Program-made: the position numbers and the translations under genes
NCBI RefSeq assembly: GCF_033153115.1
Contig: NW_026889758.1
Location: 23,436,001-23,500,000, forward strand
Length of the DNA: 64,000 bases
Reading direction: 5' to 3'
From: Saccostrea echinata
Taxonomy: Eukaryota
Notes under the pieces: model-generated
The model's input: the letters and a program-made list of their open reading frames with translations, nothing else
The model's database searches: none
Told to the model about the DNA's origin: nothing
Part shown: positions 1 through 13,313 of the stretch, in pieces
Numbering within the stretch: the first letter of the stretch is position 1
How the letters are laid out: every line of letters starts with the position of its first letter

Positions 1-1170
1 TCAGATGTGGATGCTTAAAAATTCCAAGGAACTTTTGGAAAATTTGAAATCACAAGATTTTACCAAAATCAACAGTTAAAAAACTTACGACTTTTCAACT
101 TTATACACAACCATTCCCCACAATAAATTAAAGTCCAGGCTTTTTGATATCATTGACAGCTGCTTTATCAATAAAAATGGAACTCGTAAATTTACTTACC
201 TTGTCATTGGTCATTTGCAAAATTATTTTGTTAAAAAACATTCTGATTGTACACACAAGTACTCTGAAGTTGACATTAAAAAAGTTGAGTTTCTGATTGG
301 CAATATCTATGTGGTTTTTGGAGACCAGGTCTTCCAACAATCTATTGGAATTCCCATGGGTACCAATTGCGCCCCGTTATTAGCAGACCTTTTTTGTATT
401 CATATGAAGCAGAATTTGTCCAAAATCTTGTACGTGAAAAGAAGAAATCACTTGCTGTGGCCTTCAACTCGACATTTAGATATATCGACGACGTATTGTC
501 AATTAACAATGGCTATTTCCATTCTTATGTCGATACGATATATCCCGGTGAGCTTGAGATTAAAGATACTACAGAGTCCGACACATCTGTTTCATATTTG
601 GATATTTTAATTGAAAAAGACGTTGTAATCTAACAACCAAGCTTTATTATAAATGTGATGACTTTAACTTTTCAATCGTCAACTTCCCTTACTTATGCAG
701 CAATATACCTTCATCACCTGCATACAGGGTATATATCTCTCAGTTGATTCGATACGCTCTATATATGTACAATTTCTAAAACGAGGCCAGCTATTGACAA
801 ACAAGTTGATGAAACAAGAATATCAGCTGTCTCGTTTAAAGTCATCATTTTGTAAGTTCTATGGTCGATACAATGACCTTGTCAGCAAATACAATTTATC
901 ACTGAGTCAAATGCTGACTGACGTTTTTCATACTGATTGCTAGACCATTATTCATACACTGAATTGTCGACGGATTTTCCCGTTATTTCCCGATCATGAC
1001 AAGGAGCACACGCCGGGTGTGACCGGTCGGCAAGGAATGCTCACTTCTCCATGGCACCTGATCCCACCTCTGATGTTTGGAGGTCCGTGTTTGCTCTGCT
1101 CATACTTTGTATTGTTTAATGGACTTTTGAGCTCGATTACTGTTCGTTATCTCCATATATTTCATTGGTC
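1..1170 (+). mobile_element. Degenerate Penelope-like retroelement (Naiad-type layout: RT at C-terminus, no downstream endonuclease) with 3' end
   Basis: Frameshifted RT motifs KTYDFSTLYTTIPH, QQSIGIPMGTNCAPLLADLF, FRYIDDVLSINN, SYLDI and FCKFYGRYNDLV, followed by a conserved 3' motif at ~1005-1095. Element runs off the left edge of the window. Confidence 0.85.
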
Positions 1171-1524
1171 CCCAGTACCAATTGATAAGTGCACATTGAT
1201 AAACAATTGAATGATGGTGCTTTCATATTGCATATATAATTGCTACATTGGCCATATGCTTTGCCAATTAACTTCGGGTTCAGCATTACACATTTGTATT
1301 GGATATTTATATGGAATATTGGTATTGCATACGGCAATGAGAAAAGGAAAAGTAAGCTCTAAAAACTAGCCAACACTTCAAAGTTAAACATCCATGACGA
1401 TCTTGTCTTTGAGTTTAAATGTTATTCTTAAGTTAATCCAAAAAGGAAGGTCATATAATGAAATATGAATAAAGAAACAGTGTTCAAGCTCAAAAGTCCA
1501 TTCAAATAATACAAATCAGGAGCA

Positions 1525-1585
1525 AAGCAAACACGGACTTCTAAAACATCAGAGGTGGGATCAGGTGCCACGGAGAAGTGACCTG
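1525..1585 (-). mobile_element. Penelope-like 3' end fragment
   Basis: Reverse complement of the motif at ~1040-1095 (aacacggac...agaggtgggatcaggtgcca). Confidence 0.65.
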
Positions 1586-3356
1586 CTTTGTTAGCGGGGA
1601 CCAGTGCAAACTGATCGTGTAATCTAATTCTTTTTTCATTTCTGAATTATTGAATATTTTTTGCAATTCATCTACTGCTAAACTACTTCATAGGATACTG
1701 ATTCTCACCCTTCTTTCGTAAAAAACTTTGTGTAACATTTTTAAAGGTTCCCCTTGCTTCATGGCAAGCAACTTAGAACTATATTAAAATAGCGGAAATA
1801 ACAACTTTTCATTTAGGTTTATGCATTTTTATCAGATAGACAAAGACAAATAAGAATCATATGTCAACTCGATATATCCTAGTGAGAACTCGAAAGAAAA
1901 GACACCACAGAGTCTGCCACACTTTTTTCATATTTGGATGTTTAATGACAATAAACGATAAGCGCAAACTAACATCTAATTTGTATGACAAACAAGATGA
2001 CTTGGTTAGTTGTTTGAACACATTTTATTATACTTTAAATTACAAAGATATTGGGCACAAGTTCTAAAAACTTATTACGCCCTCTCCCTACATGTGTATT
2101 ACAAATTTAAATTGAGTCAAAGTGAAACATGATTACAGTTTAAATTTGAAGTTAAATTAAGTCACAGTTAAGCATGAAGATTTAAAGCATACAATATTTG
2201 CAAAATGTACAGATCAATGCATTTTGTAGATGCATGTATGTAATTTTGTATATACATATACCGGTATATTTATCAATATAAACAAGGAAATCTACCAGAA
2301 TGTTTAATAAATACTTAAACAGAAGAGAAAAGACGTTCATTCTCTTCGGCACTCAATGAATCTATCCTCTATAATAAGACACGTGTATCTGAAATGTGAA
2401 TTTATCAACTAGTTAAAATTTATTGAAAAATTCCTTTCTTGATTTCAAATACTTTGAACATATAAAAGAAATAATGATATGTATCTTCTATTTCTCGACA
2501 CGAGCATAGAGAACTTGAGATTAAAATGCATCTGTGAAGGTCGTTATTCAATACACAGACATGACGAAGTCTGGTATAAAGAGCATTAAATCGTCTATTA
2601 GCATATTCAAAATACGATGGTGGAGCAGATTTCTCAATACTTATTTAATATCTGAAATTTGACATTGATCGTAATTTTCTTTTTATTTCAAGTGGTAGAG
2701 TCCCAACTTTATGTTGCCAACACTTTATAAATTTTTGTGTTCTACCGTTTTAATTTTAAATTTTACTGCAGTCAGGAGTGCAACCAACTGTTTTTATTAT
2801 CAATGAACTTCATCTATCTTTACTAAAAATAAATTGCAGAAAATGTTTGATACTCTTTGTAGTTGAGATCATTATGTCTATCAACAAATTACTGATATTT
2901 TTGGACATTTTACGGACAATTCACAGAATAGTTTTCATCACCAAACATATATTTTAAAAGTTATATTACATAAGCAAACAATCATATTTTGAAGTCATTA
3001 AAATATGAAAAACTTGCCGTAAAAATAGCAGAACGACGAACTGTTTTACAAACTTTGAATGAATTATTGTGTGTAATAAATTTTTAAGCAATGTTTAATT
3101 AAAAAAAAAAGTCTGATGCCATAAGAGTGCCACAAAATAAGGTAAAATAGGATCACTTCAAAATCTGGTATGTTTTGTAAGAAAATAGATAAATTTTTTT
3201 TAAAAATGGCCTATATTTAAAAAAATTTACTAAAATGGACGAAAAAAAAATTCGGGAATTTGTTGCATTATATTACTTCATATCAAAACTTTTCAAACCA
3301 GAATTGAAACAATTAATGTAAAATAACAATCAAAAAGCCAATTTCTTTCACAAATA

Positions 3357-3886
3357 CGAAGGTTGATCCAAAAGCAATGTCAGCTCTAAAATCTTTAATA
3401 ATCAAATGTTATCAACACAATTACACATACAAATACCAATATCTATTTTGATTTTTGACTTAAAATTTCATTTGATTACATAAAATACTTTAATTTCTAA
3501 AATATTGAGATAAACACAACATTAGGTTTTGTCTATCGACGCACGGCAAGAATGTTACCGACGCCGTTATAACGTTACTTTTCGGCACTCATTTTCAGTT
3601 CACCCGCAAATCTTTTTAGCCCCTCACGTGCTTCTTTTTAAATATCTTGATACTTTTTAATACTTCCATTTTGCTACAAACCGTCTTATTTTGAGTTGTA
3701 GTATTAAAATTTTTTTAACCTTGCCCAAATGTTATTTCTAAAATCATTCCTTTTTGCGTAAATCTTATGCATCATCTGATTCGAAATGGGTGTCAAAGAG
3801 AAACGTCATAACGATGTCGATACATTTTTGCCGTGCGGCGATAAACGAGACCCAGGGTTGTGTTTATTTTAATATTTTAACCCTCG
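3357..3886. mobile_element. Tc1/mariner-type MITE
   Basis: TA-flanked termini ta|cgaaggtt ... aaccctcg|ta, plus a long imperfect inverted repeat (~3500-3580 vs ~3800-3877). Confidence 0.6.
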
Positions 3887-6105
3887 TACAAGAGAAGAAA
3901 CTAAATCAAGGTTAAGATCTTATCATTTACATCAATGACACAAGTATGAAGGATAAAAACTATAATTTCTTTTGATTATTTATTTCATAAAGTTTTTAAG
4001 GATGTAGTAATATTTTCCCTTTTCAAATAATGCTCTACTTATAAAAATTCTGAAACTTTACTATGCATTTGTATGATATTATAATTGAAAAATATGTTAT
4101 TATAGGTTGATTTTCTTTTTTAAAAAAATCAATTTGTGGGTCATCATTTTTGAATTCACTCAATTGCTACCTATTTTTATCGACATGTCTGTTGCGACCG
4201 GTGTAAAGACGAATAATGACCCCCGTAGAAAAATGACGGGGGGGGGGTCATCGAAAAATGACCCCCAAGCTGTAGAAAAATGTCATTTTTTGTAGAAAAA
4301 GAACCCTAGGGATCAGTTTTCTACCTGTGCGACCTATAAGAAATTGACCCCCGTTGAAAAATGACCCCCATACAAAGTTCAAAATAGACGATTGATGCTA
4401 AGGTTTGGATCTGAACGGGTAATTCTCTTACATTTTTCTGATTAAAACTAGACGTAAACGCAATTAAGATTTGTTTAAAAACATTGCATGTGTTTCTTTC
4501 TATTGTGTTCTCAGCTCTAAATTAAATTTGCACAATAGATACGTCACAGTGGCTATTGGTTAAAGGTAAGTCAGGACTACATATCGTTATCGCTAGACTT
4601 ATTATTTTGTCCGAACATTTTCTCTAACATGACTTGGATAAAGTTAATGAAACGTTTCAGAAATGACGATCAGCAACTCTAAATGTTTATTATACATTTC
4701 GATTTTTAAAACTGACCACCGTTGTCATGGGAAAAAAATGTCAACTAATATTATTACGGTTAGCTTGTAAAATCTTTGTGAGACTTCACAAATGCATTTA
4801 CATTTAAGATTTTTGGAACTGTTTCCATTGTCATGGAAACGATTGGACAAATATTTTCTTACAACGAAAGAGTGAACTAACGTGCACAGGTACAAAACTG
4901 CCGTTACATGATTATTTTGTATGGATCTTTGTGTTTGTCTATTGTGTGAGGCGCCGCATTGGAAGGATGAGTGCACTTAAGCTATGAGAGCTGGGTCCCG
5001 GTGTTTTGCGCAAAATAAAATTCCAAAGTTCATAAACTTTATGTTTTATAGGTATTAAACAATGTCTTAAGAGCAGGTTTTGGTATATTATACTACATGA
5101 AAGTATTTAATAATGCCGAGCGACACTAGCTTTTGAGACGGGGGTCTAACGGTTTTGTCACATTTCTATTGTTATTCATATGCATACCAGTTTTCAACGA
5201 CATTGTTTACATCGAGCCGCAACTTGTCCATTGGTCTCATTTGCACAGAATGTGTATTTTGATTTAAACTTCAACATATCCAAAGGACAATGTTGGACAA
5301 ATTGCGGCTCATATCTAATTTTTTGAAAAAGTCTCCAAACTACGGTCGAATTAGCCACTAAATTAACAGTTCACCGAGTGTCAACGATTGATATTATAAT
5401 CACTTTACTCACGTGACATTCCACTGTTCGATACGCTAAGGCTTTCATTGAGCATTTCATTGTGTTTGTTATTGAAAGTTTCTATTGTGACAGTATATAT
5501 CGTACTTTCAACTTCAAACTATGGAAGATTTTTGCGCAAATTTTAATAGGGTTTGAAGATTATATGTCTCTTATTTTACTTTGTATTTTTCATTACGGGT
5601 GTTTTGAAAGAATTCTGGTATTGACAGTGTGATTAGTAAGTACATGTACAGGCTCATGTCGCCTCTGTATAATGGTCTGCAGGGCGAGACATCTTCCCCA
5701 TCCCTAAACACTAGAATCATTTATTATTTGTGCACCATAAAACTACACAATCTCTCTCTTCTCCATTTAAATTCGCAGTGCGAAAAAAAAATCATATATG
5801 TGCTAATGTTTACATTCCACATCCATGCGATTTAAATGACTCCGCCTATTTGCGGATACCTTAAATTCGTAAGTGGTCCCGTTTAAATTTCCGGAATTTA
5901 AGGTTTGTATATGTTCTTTTCAATGACATTGTCTGTAATTATAGAAATATGTATGACAAAAAATTCAAGGAATAAATATCAAAAGAATATGCTTGCACAA
6001 TAATCATAGATTAATTAAGCGATATATTGTAATGTAAAGCTTAAAATGGGTAGCCGAAAAGGTTCCAAATGACGTACTAAAGTGCACTCATTCTTTATTG
6101 CCATT

Positions 6106-9100
6106 TGTAAAGACGAATAATCACCCCCATAGAATAATGACTGGGCGTCATTTTTCGACGTCGAATAATGACCCCCGGTCATTATTCATGGGCGAAAAAT
6201 GACCCCCGGTCATTATTTGAAGTCGAAAAATGACCTTTTTGCCCGTAGAAAAAGTGTCATCACCCTAAAAACATGCATACCCCACGTGAAGAAAAATGAC
6301 CCCCGTAGAATAATGACCCCTTGTGAACTAAAGCGGATTAAAGTTGAAACTTTTAGGGGGCAAAATAAAAAATAATAAATCAAGAGACCTGTTGCCCAAA
6401 ATGCTGACTTGAGCTTTATTGGGAATAAATCAATGATATATTGATCTCATTACATTATACAATCATTGCTGTTTTTAAGGTCAATTCAATAATTCAGAAT
6501 CTAGTGGAGTTAAAGATTTATCGATTCCAAAGGGTGAGGAGAGCATTGTTTTTCGATGGTGGAAAATCACTGATCGTCCTGACAAAAAAAACAGTAATAA
6601 TTGTTTTATTATATGATTCAACGATTAAATTGATACAAACTGATTAAGCAGACATGTCAAGTTTCTTGTTTACATTTGCTCGAGTCCTAATCAAACACAG
6701 TGAAAGAATAGGAGTTAACATAAGCATAACCAGTATTAACTTTTGCATTTAAAATCTAGTTTTGGTACAATGTAGAAAAAATAAATGTCAGGCATAGCAT
6801 CGACCAGATCTTTGCACTCCGCAACATCATAGAGCAGTGCACAGAGTGGCAGAAACAACTGTATGTAAACTTTGTGGACTTTGAAAAGGCATTTGACAGC
6901 ATACATCGAGATAGCCTTTGGAGCATTCTACGTCATTATGGTATTCCATCCAAACTGGTCCACCTGATCAAGAGTTTTTATAACAACTTCAGATGCTCAG
7001 TAGGACACAATGACACCTTCTTCGATGTTAAAACCGGAGTCAGACAAGGATGCGTAATGTCTGCAGTATTATTCAACTTGGTCATCGATTGGGTCATGCG
7101 GAAGACAACAGAAGACTCTCCAAGGGGGATCCGCTGGTGCCTGTTCTCAACTTTAGAGGATCTGGACTTTGCGGATGACCTTGCGCTTATGTCTCACACA
7201 CACCAGCATATCCAAGAGAAGACCAACAGGCTGCAAATCTACGGACATCAGGTGGGGCTACGCATCAGTACGAAGAAGACGGAGACAATGACACTTAATG
7301 TGGAATTACCTGCTGCTGTTAAGATCAATGGTGAAGAACTACGCCAGACGGATAATTTTATTTACCTGGGTAGCATCATTAAACCAGAGGGCGGCACAAA
7401 GGAGGACATCCACAGCAGACTGGGCAAGGCCAGGGGAGTATTTAGGGAAATGAATAACATCTGCAGAGTATAGCACCAGCACCAAGCTGAAGCTTTACCA
7501 GAGCTGTGTTGTATCAAATAGCCTATATGGATTGGAATGCTGGAGAATAACAGAGACGGATCTTAGCAAATTACGATCCTTCCATACCACACGCCTCCGC
7601 CGAATACTCAGGATTTTCTGGCCCGAGAAGATAACAAAAGAAGACCTGCTGCGCTGATGCAAACAAGAGGACATGGGTACCATCATTACCGATCGCCGAT
7701 GGAGATGGATTTGACATGTTCTCCGAAAAGATCCCCAGTCAACAACAAGAACAGCACTGCATTGGACCCCAGAGGGCAAAAGAAAGAGGGGAGGCCTAGA
7801 ACATCATGGCGAAGGACAGTTGATAGCGAGATGAAAGCTATGCACCGACCTGGGGATCATTGACGAGGCTGGCCAAGGATAGACAAGAGTTGAGGAAGTT
7901 TGTTGCTGCCCTACACACCACAGGATGTAAAGGACAATGATGATGATGATAGCATCGAAAGGGGAAATGGTGCATTATAAGAGGCAAAAAATACTTTTAG
8001 TTAAAAATATCTTTGACAAACCCCTTAAAAAGTTTATTGATGTAAGTGGGATTTTCTTTTACTCTACTGTATCAAAGTGAAAATCTTGTTCACTCAAGTA
8101 GGAGAGATTTGTTAACTATACTGTATAAGAAAGAGGGGGTGGTTACCAGACTTTCAATGAACATTTTCAAATTAGAAATTGCTAAAATTTACACTCAGAA
8201 AAGGGGGAACAATACCTCCCTCTTCTCTTATTCTTTGTGCTTGAATATTATGTTCACTTGAGTAGAATTCAGATGCAGGTGAAATACCTTTTCAGAATTG
8301 TTTTTAATCTATTTTTAGTTCAATGTAAGAAAAATAAATCCTTATACATGTACATGTATTCACCTTGAAGGTCAATAAAATAATCTGTCTTTAATTATAA
8401 ATTGAAGACATTAATCTACTTCAATATACACTGTATTGAAAAATATTTCCATATTGATTTGACAAATGTATCACTGTTTTAAAATGGAATAAAAAATATT
8501 CCTCTTACATGTATGTATCCTATTCTCAGATGACCATGTTAACAGACTTGAATGTACATTATACTGGGATTCTCCTGTATTACTTCTATATACTTGAAAA
8601 GAAATCTGCATAGAGTAGACCACTGTTTATAAATAAAATTGAATGCACATTATAAGATTGTATATATTTCAGACATGCAGAAATTTTATGTCCTTCTTAT
8701 GTTTGTCATGTCTGCTTCATATTTGGACGTTCTACTGACTATAGACGATAAGGACCAACTAACAACTAAATTGTCTGACAAACGGGGTGACTTCAGCCTT
8801 TTCTATTGTCAGTATGTCTATCGCACGAGTTATTACGTCATTTTCGATACATTCTATCTCATTTGCACGACTTTTTATGTCATTCAAAATATACATATAT
8901 ATTACATTGCATAACTTTCCGTATTTATTTCTGAAAACTTATCTCATTCTTTTTTTCCTTCATTTTTTTTTTAAAATTTGATCCTACTCAAAGCATGCTG
9001 ATTACCTCGGGAGACATGTTTACCAATGAAAAGCCAGAACATCCCGCTTGTCTGTTATTTGGCTATGAATGTCTATAATCAGTCAAATATCCAAATATGA

Positions 9101-9542
9101 AACAAATGGAAGACAATCATAAAGGGAAATTACATTAACAGTTATAACCAATAGTAGCCATTTTGCGATTTTCAATATGTGCTGAGAACACAGTAGGCTT
9201 AAAAGATAGAAATATGCAGGTAAATGTAATGCGGTTTTATTGCATTTTAATTGCGCGTTCGTTCAGTGTTGGTCGAAAAAGGCATGAAGAAGAATATCAA
9301 ACATTGAGGTTCAAACCTTTGCATCAATCACCAGTTATAAATTTTGTATCATGCATTCTGTTGGAAAGGGGGTCATTTTTCAACGGTGTCAATTTTTTAT
9401 AGGATGCACACATAAAATAATGACCCCTAGGTCTCCTTTTCTACAAAAAAATAATTTTTTTCTACGGCTGGGGGGTCATTTTTTGTCGTTGAAATATGAC
9501 CCCCTGGTCATTATCCTATGGGGGTCATTATTCGTCTTTACA
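6106..9542. mobile_element. Second copy of the same Ginger-like family, nested in opposite orientation
   Basis: Its left end (6106-6320) is the reverse complement of the outer right end, and its right end (~9365-9542) is the reverse complement of the outer left end. ccatt occurs on both sides (6101-6105, 9543-9547). Confidence 0.65.
6804..7948 (+). mobile_element. 5'-truncated RTE-clade LINE (RT pseudogene)
   Basis: RT motifs FVDFEKAFDSIHRDSLW, GVRQGCVMSAVLFNLVIDWVM and LEDLDFADDLAL; disrupted after 7473; (TGA)n tail; TSD atagcatcga at 6794-6803 and 7949-7958. Confidence 0.9.
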
Positions 9543-9549
9543 CCATTCA

Positions 9550-10290
9550 GTAAATCACCTATTCGAATAGATGATGTCCCCTGTTTAAAAAGGTGATGTC
9601 ACTCATTCCAATTAAATAGGTGATATCACCTATTTGAATAAGTTATATCAATTATTCGAATAGCCTATTGGAAATGAATAGGTGATATCACCTATTGGAA
9701 TTGGTGATATCAGCTATTTGAGTTGAAAACGTGATATCACCTATTCGAATAGGTGATATCACCTATTGGAATTGGTGATATCACATTTTTTTGAATTGGT
9801 GATATCACCAATTTTAATTAGTGATATCACCTATTTGAATTAGTGGTATCACCTATTTGCATTTCTTATAACATTAAATATGAATGCTCCCTTCATCAAG
9901 ACAATCTAGCTTCAATGCAATGTAAAGGATGAGCTTTCAAAAAGCTTCAATCGGGCTGTCCTTTTCCCCTGTGTTTTAGTCCAAGACATTTAAAACACCA
10001 TTTGTTTTAAATTCTTTGAAGTTAAATAAATTTCACTTGCAGTCAGTTTAGCCACATTTATTGTTACTTTCTCTCTTTATATGTGTGAAAAGAAACTGAA
10101 CTTTTTACTTCCTGTATAGAGTAAATGTATGCACTATAGTCTTGTGAGCAGTTGTTATTTCATGCTTAATTTGAATAAGTGATATCACCTATTCAAATAT
10201 GGGGTATCACCAATTCAAAAGCTGAATAGGTGATATCAAAAACTGAATAGGTGATATCACATATTTGAATCGGTGATATCACTTAATGGT
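9550..10290. repeat. Two blocks (~9550-9860, ~10170-10290) of ~21-22 bp palindrome-built tandem repeat
   Basis: Unit approximately GGTGATATCACCTATTCGAATA, made of palindromes GGTGATATCACC and CTATTCGAATAG. Confidence 0.8.
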
Positions 10291-10439
10291 GGTAAATACC
10301 AATTCCGCCCCCCATACCACTGCTTGCAATAGCATACATTCTAGTCTTGGTCCTTTTATCATTTGTTTCATATTTCAATATTGTACTGATTATAGACGTT
10401 TATGACCATTGACTTTAGATGTCTCTAAAACATCAAGTA

Positions 10440-10577
10440 CAGTCAAGTCTCGTTAACTCGATGGGACTGAGAAAAAAAACTAAAATACATAAGAAATACG
10501 TGGTTAGGACTTCCCAATCAATTTGACATATCCATGGTATTCGAGATATCCGTGTTCGAGCTACTGAAGTTCAAATG
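10440..10577. mobile_element. pogo/Tigger-like MITE remnant
   Basis: ta|cagtcaagtctcg start and ...cgagctactgaagttcaaatg end. A related left end begins at ~63951 (ta|cagttaaacttcg). Confidence 0.4.
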
Positions 10578-10742
10578 AAATTCTTCTTATTTTAAAAATT
10601 GTATGGAACTCTTGCTATATGTCCGAAAATTACATGTATGTACACTATTTAAATCATTGGCTTTAAGAACACAATTTAAATCATTGACTTAAAAAGGGCA
10701 TTCGGACGCAACTTAATTAACCGGTAGATAGACATTGTAAGC

Positions 10743-10777
<35 letters not shown>

Positions 10778-11389
10778 GGATAGTATAAGCGAAAATAAAA
10801 AGATATGTTGTTGTTGTTTTTGTTGTTTTGTTTTTTAAAAACAATGATACAAAAGTCAAATCATAATGAAAGCATTTCCACATAGTGTACATAAACGATT
10901 CCTTATAAAAGACTTTTGAAAGATTTAATGAAAACAACAAATCATCGTAATATCTTCAATTTACCCCCAGGTGAGCATTTTGATCCATGGCCATCTAGAT
11001 TTTTTAGTTCTTAATTTTTTCAATCCAAAAAAATAAATTCCTAATAAAATCTACCAGGGGTCATTATTCTAAGGGGGTCATTTTTCTTCACGTAGAGTAT
11101 GCAGATTTTAAGGGTGATGCCACTTTTTCTACAGGCAAAAGGTTCATATTTCGACGGCAAAAAATGACCGGGGGTCATTTTTCGACGTCGAATAATGACC
11201 GGGAGTCATTTTTCGACGTCGAAAAATGACCCCCGGTCATTATTCTACGGGGGTCATTATTCGTCTTTACACCGGCTCTTAAACCAACGAGTTCCGATGA
11301 ACGCGAGCGTTCTACCGACTCAGCTACAATGACGGTTAAATGTTGAATTTAAGACCACAGCAAGAGATTTCTTCCTGAAGAATGTTTAT

Positions 11390-11815
11390 AGTTCTAATTT
11401 TTTGAATAAATTCTGCTTTATAACAATTCAGTGCCTGCTAATAGAGGTTCAAAGCATCGGATTTACAACAGATTGTTAGAAGACGTCGTCTCCAAATATT
11501 TCATAGATTTTGTCAATGACGAACTCAAGCATCTTCTTTATATCAACTTCAGAGTATGTGTTTGTAGAATCAGAATGGGGGTTTTCTTTGTTAAAAAGTA
11601 AGATTGTAGGTGATCACAAGATATGAAAATTTCGGTGTCTCATTTTTAAAGAAGAAGCAGGTGTTGACTGTGATGTCAAAACGCCTGGTCTATGATTTTT
11701 CGAGGGGAATATTAGTCTAATGTGTTGAAAATTTAAACGTTTTGATGGTGTTGTTTTGGCAAAATTTTGTGATTTCAATTTTTTTTAAAGTTCTTTGGAA
11801 TTTTTTAGAACCCAA
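11390..11815 (-). mobile_element. Degenerate Penelope-like RT fragment
   Basis: Reverse strand aligns by eye to 1-430 (KNSKEL, YSEVDIKKMLEFVID). Confidence 0.7.
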
Positions 11816-12699
11816 ATTGATTAATAAAGATTACAAACATTTCTCGAATTACGTTGTACTTCCTTTTGGTAAAAAATGCTACAGTTAAGCATAAGCAAAT
11901 TTAATGACTACCGACTTCTCATTAAATTATTTAAATATTATTAAAGCTAAAATTCTTTGGCAGTTGGCTGTAATTCTAGAAGAACTGAGGATTTTTATGT
12001 GTAGCCTGTTAATGTACGGACATTAATTTAATACCAAGGTTAACGACGATCGTGTGAGGAACTTAAATATCGGTCATGTATAATTTAAGAACATATCCTT
12101 CTAACAACAATATTGTATTCCCATATTTCAGAATAACTAAATGCATTTTAATCAACAGAATTTCTCTTTTTCCCAAGAGAACTGATATTGTTTCTTGATT
12201 AATATATCAGCCAAAATGTTGCTCAAAAGACATTTAAAAAATTATTTAAATCTAAGTAAATTACTTTCAAAACAGTTTATGCAGATGAAAACACAACTTT
12301 TTTTTTGTTGGTTGGTTGCTTAACATCCCTTAATAGTATTCTTTAAAATCAAATGATGCAATGCTTTTACATTGAAAAATGTAAGAGATTGTAGGAGATT
12401 GTAGGAAATGTAATACCATGATAAATTCATGAAAACATTATGAGATATAGCAATCAGGAAACAAAAATCTTTTCCCTCAAATCAAAGCTCAATTTGAGAT
12501 ACAAGACATTATATTCTTAGCTAAAAAAAATTACTTCAATGAATAATATTAATAAAACTGAAAATCAAACACATATATAAAGAGAGGAATGAAAGCATAT
12601 TTAACTCAATTAAATTCAAATTTGTATAAAGGAAACAAGCAATCGGACCAACATATTTCTGTGTTTTTGCATATATTTTTTCTTGGAAATCATCAATTA

Positions 12700-13075
12700 C
12701 AGGGCTGATTCATTGAAAGATTAGTTACAATTTAGTCTTTTATGCAGAAACGTGTCCAAACTTTGGCAAAAATCAGTAAAACCGAAACGCATGCATGTTT
12801 GACCTCAGATATCTATGTAGAAACATGCAGAAACACTGGGATAAACATTCTTTCCTACTCTCATGAAACCTCAACAATATGTTCTAGTAACCTTTTCCAG
12901 TATTCTTTGATATGGCTAACTGCCCCTCGTGTAAATTTTCACACTAAGGATGTTGAACATTATGTAATTAGTGTGATACTGCATATCCCATGATGCAATC
13001 AATTTGTATAAAAAGAGCCTATAAGTGACAATACCATAACAATCTCTTTAGGGACCGACTGGATCTACCAAAAAG
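12700..13075 (+). promoter_or_regulatory. Promoter and non-coding exon 1 of Kunitz copy 1
   Basis: TATAAAA at 13007; donor AAAAG|GTAAC at 13076; acceptor ttcag at 13660, 5 nt before the ATG. Same layout in copies 2 and 3. Confidence 0.6.
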
Positions 13076-13239
13076 GTAACTTTATCATTAATATCAAAGT
13101 GTTGTGGGCCTAAGTTATTCAATTTGAATATTTTCAACTTTGAATTTAAGTAAAGAAAACAATGGGAGTAAAAAATAAAGCTTGCTACTTTAATTTTTAG
13201 GAACTCCTGTAATAAGTTCCTGAAAACTAATGTTCCTTG

Positions 13240-13241
<2 letters not shown>

Positions 13242-13310
<69 letters not shown>
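13242..13310. repeat. (TA)n microsatellite in intron 1 of Kunitz copy 1
   Basis: Pure TA run, absent at the homologous site in copy 2. Confidence 0.95.

Positions 13311-13313
<3 letters not shown>

Larger units (their letters stand above)
4202..11271. mobile_element. Non-autonomous Ginger1-like DNA transposon (outer copy), inserted into an old SINE
   Basis: TIRs TGTAAAGACGAATAATGACCCCCGTAGAA / TTCTACGGGGGTCATTATTCGTCTTTACA. CCGG duplicated at 4198-4201 and 11272-11275; TGT..ACA ends with CCGG TSD are Ginger1 hallmarks. Subterminal AAAATGACCCC repeats. No transposase ORF seen. Confidence 0.7.

Noticed and set aside
1-943. Selenoprotein-type Naiad element (Sec codons plus SECIS)
   Set aside because: Lesions are frameshifts and TAA stops rather than in-frame TGA, and the 3' motif lacks a recognisable SECIS core.
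9550-10290. Palindromic short repeats as a CRISPR array
   Set aside because: Units are contiguous without unique spacers, no cas genes are present, and the context is eukaryotic.
12742-12993. ORF duplicated at 20722-20958 upstream of the Kunitz genes
   Set aside because: Overlaps the duplicated promoter, differs in start and stop between copies, and is not maintained in copy 3.
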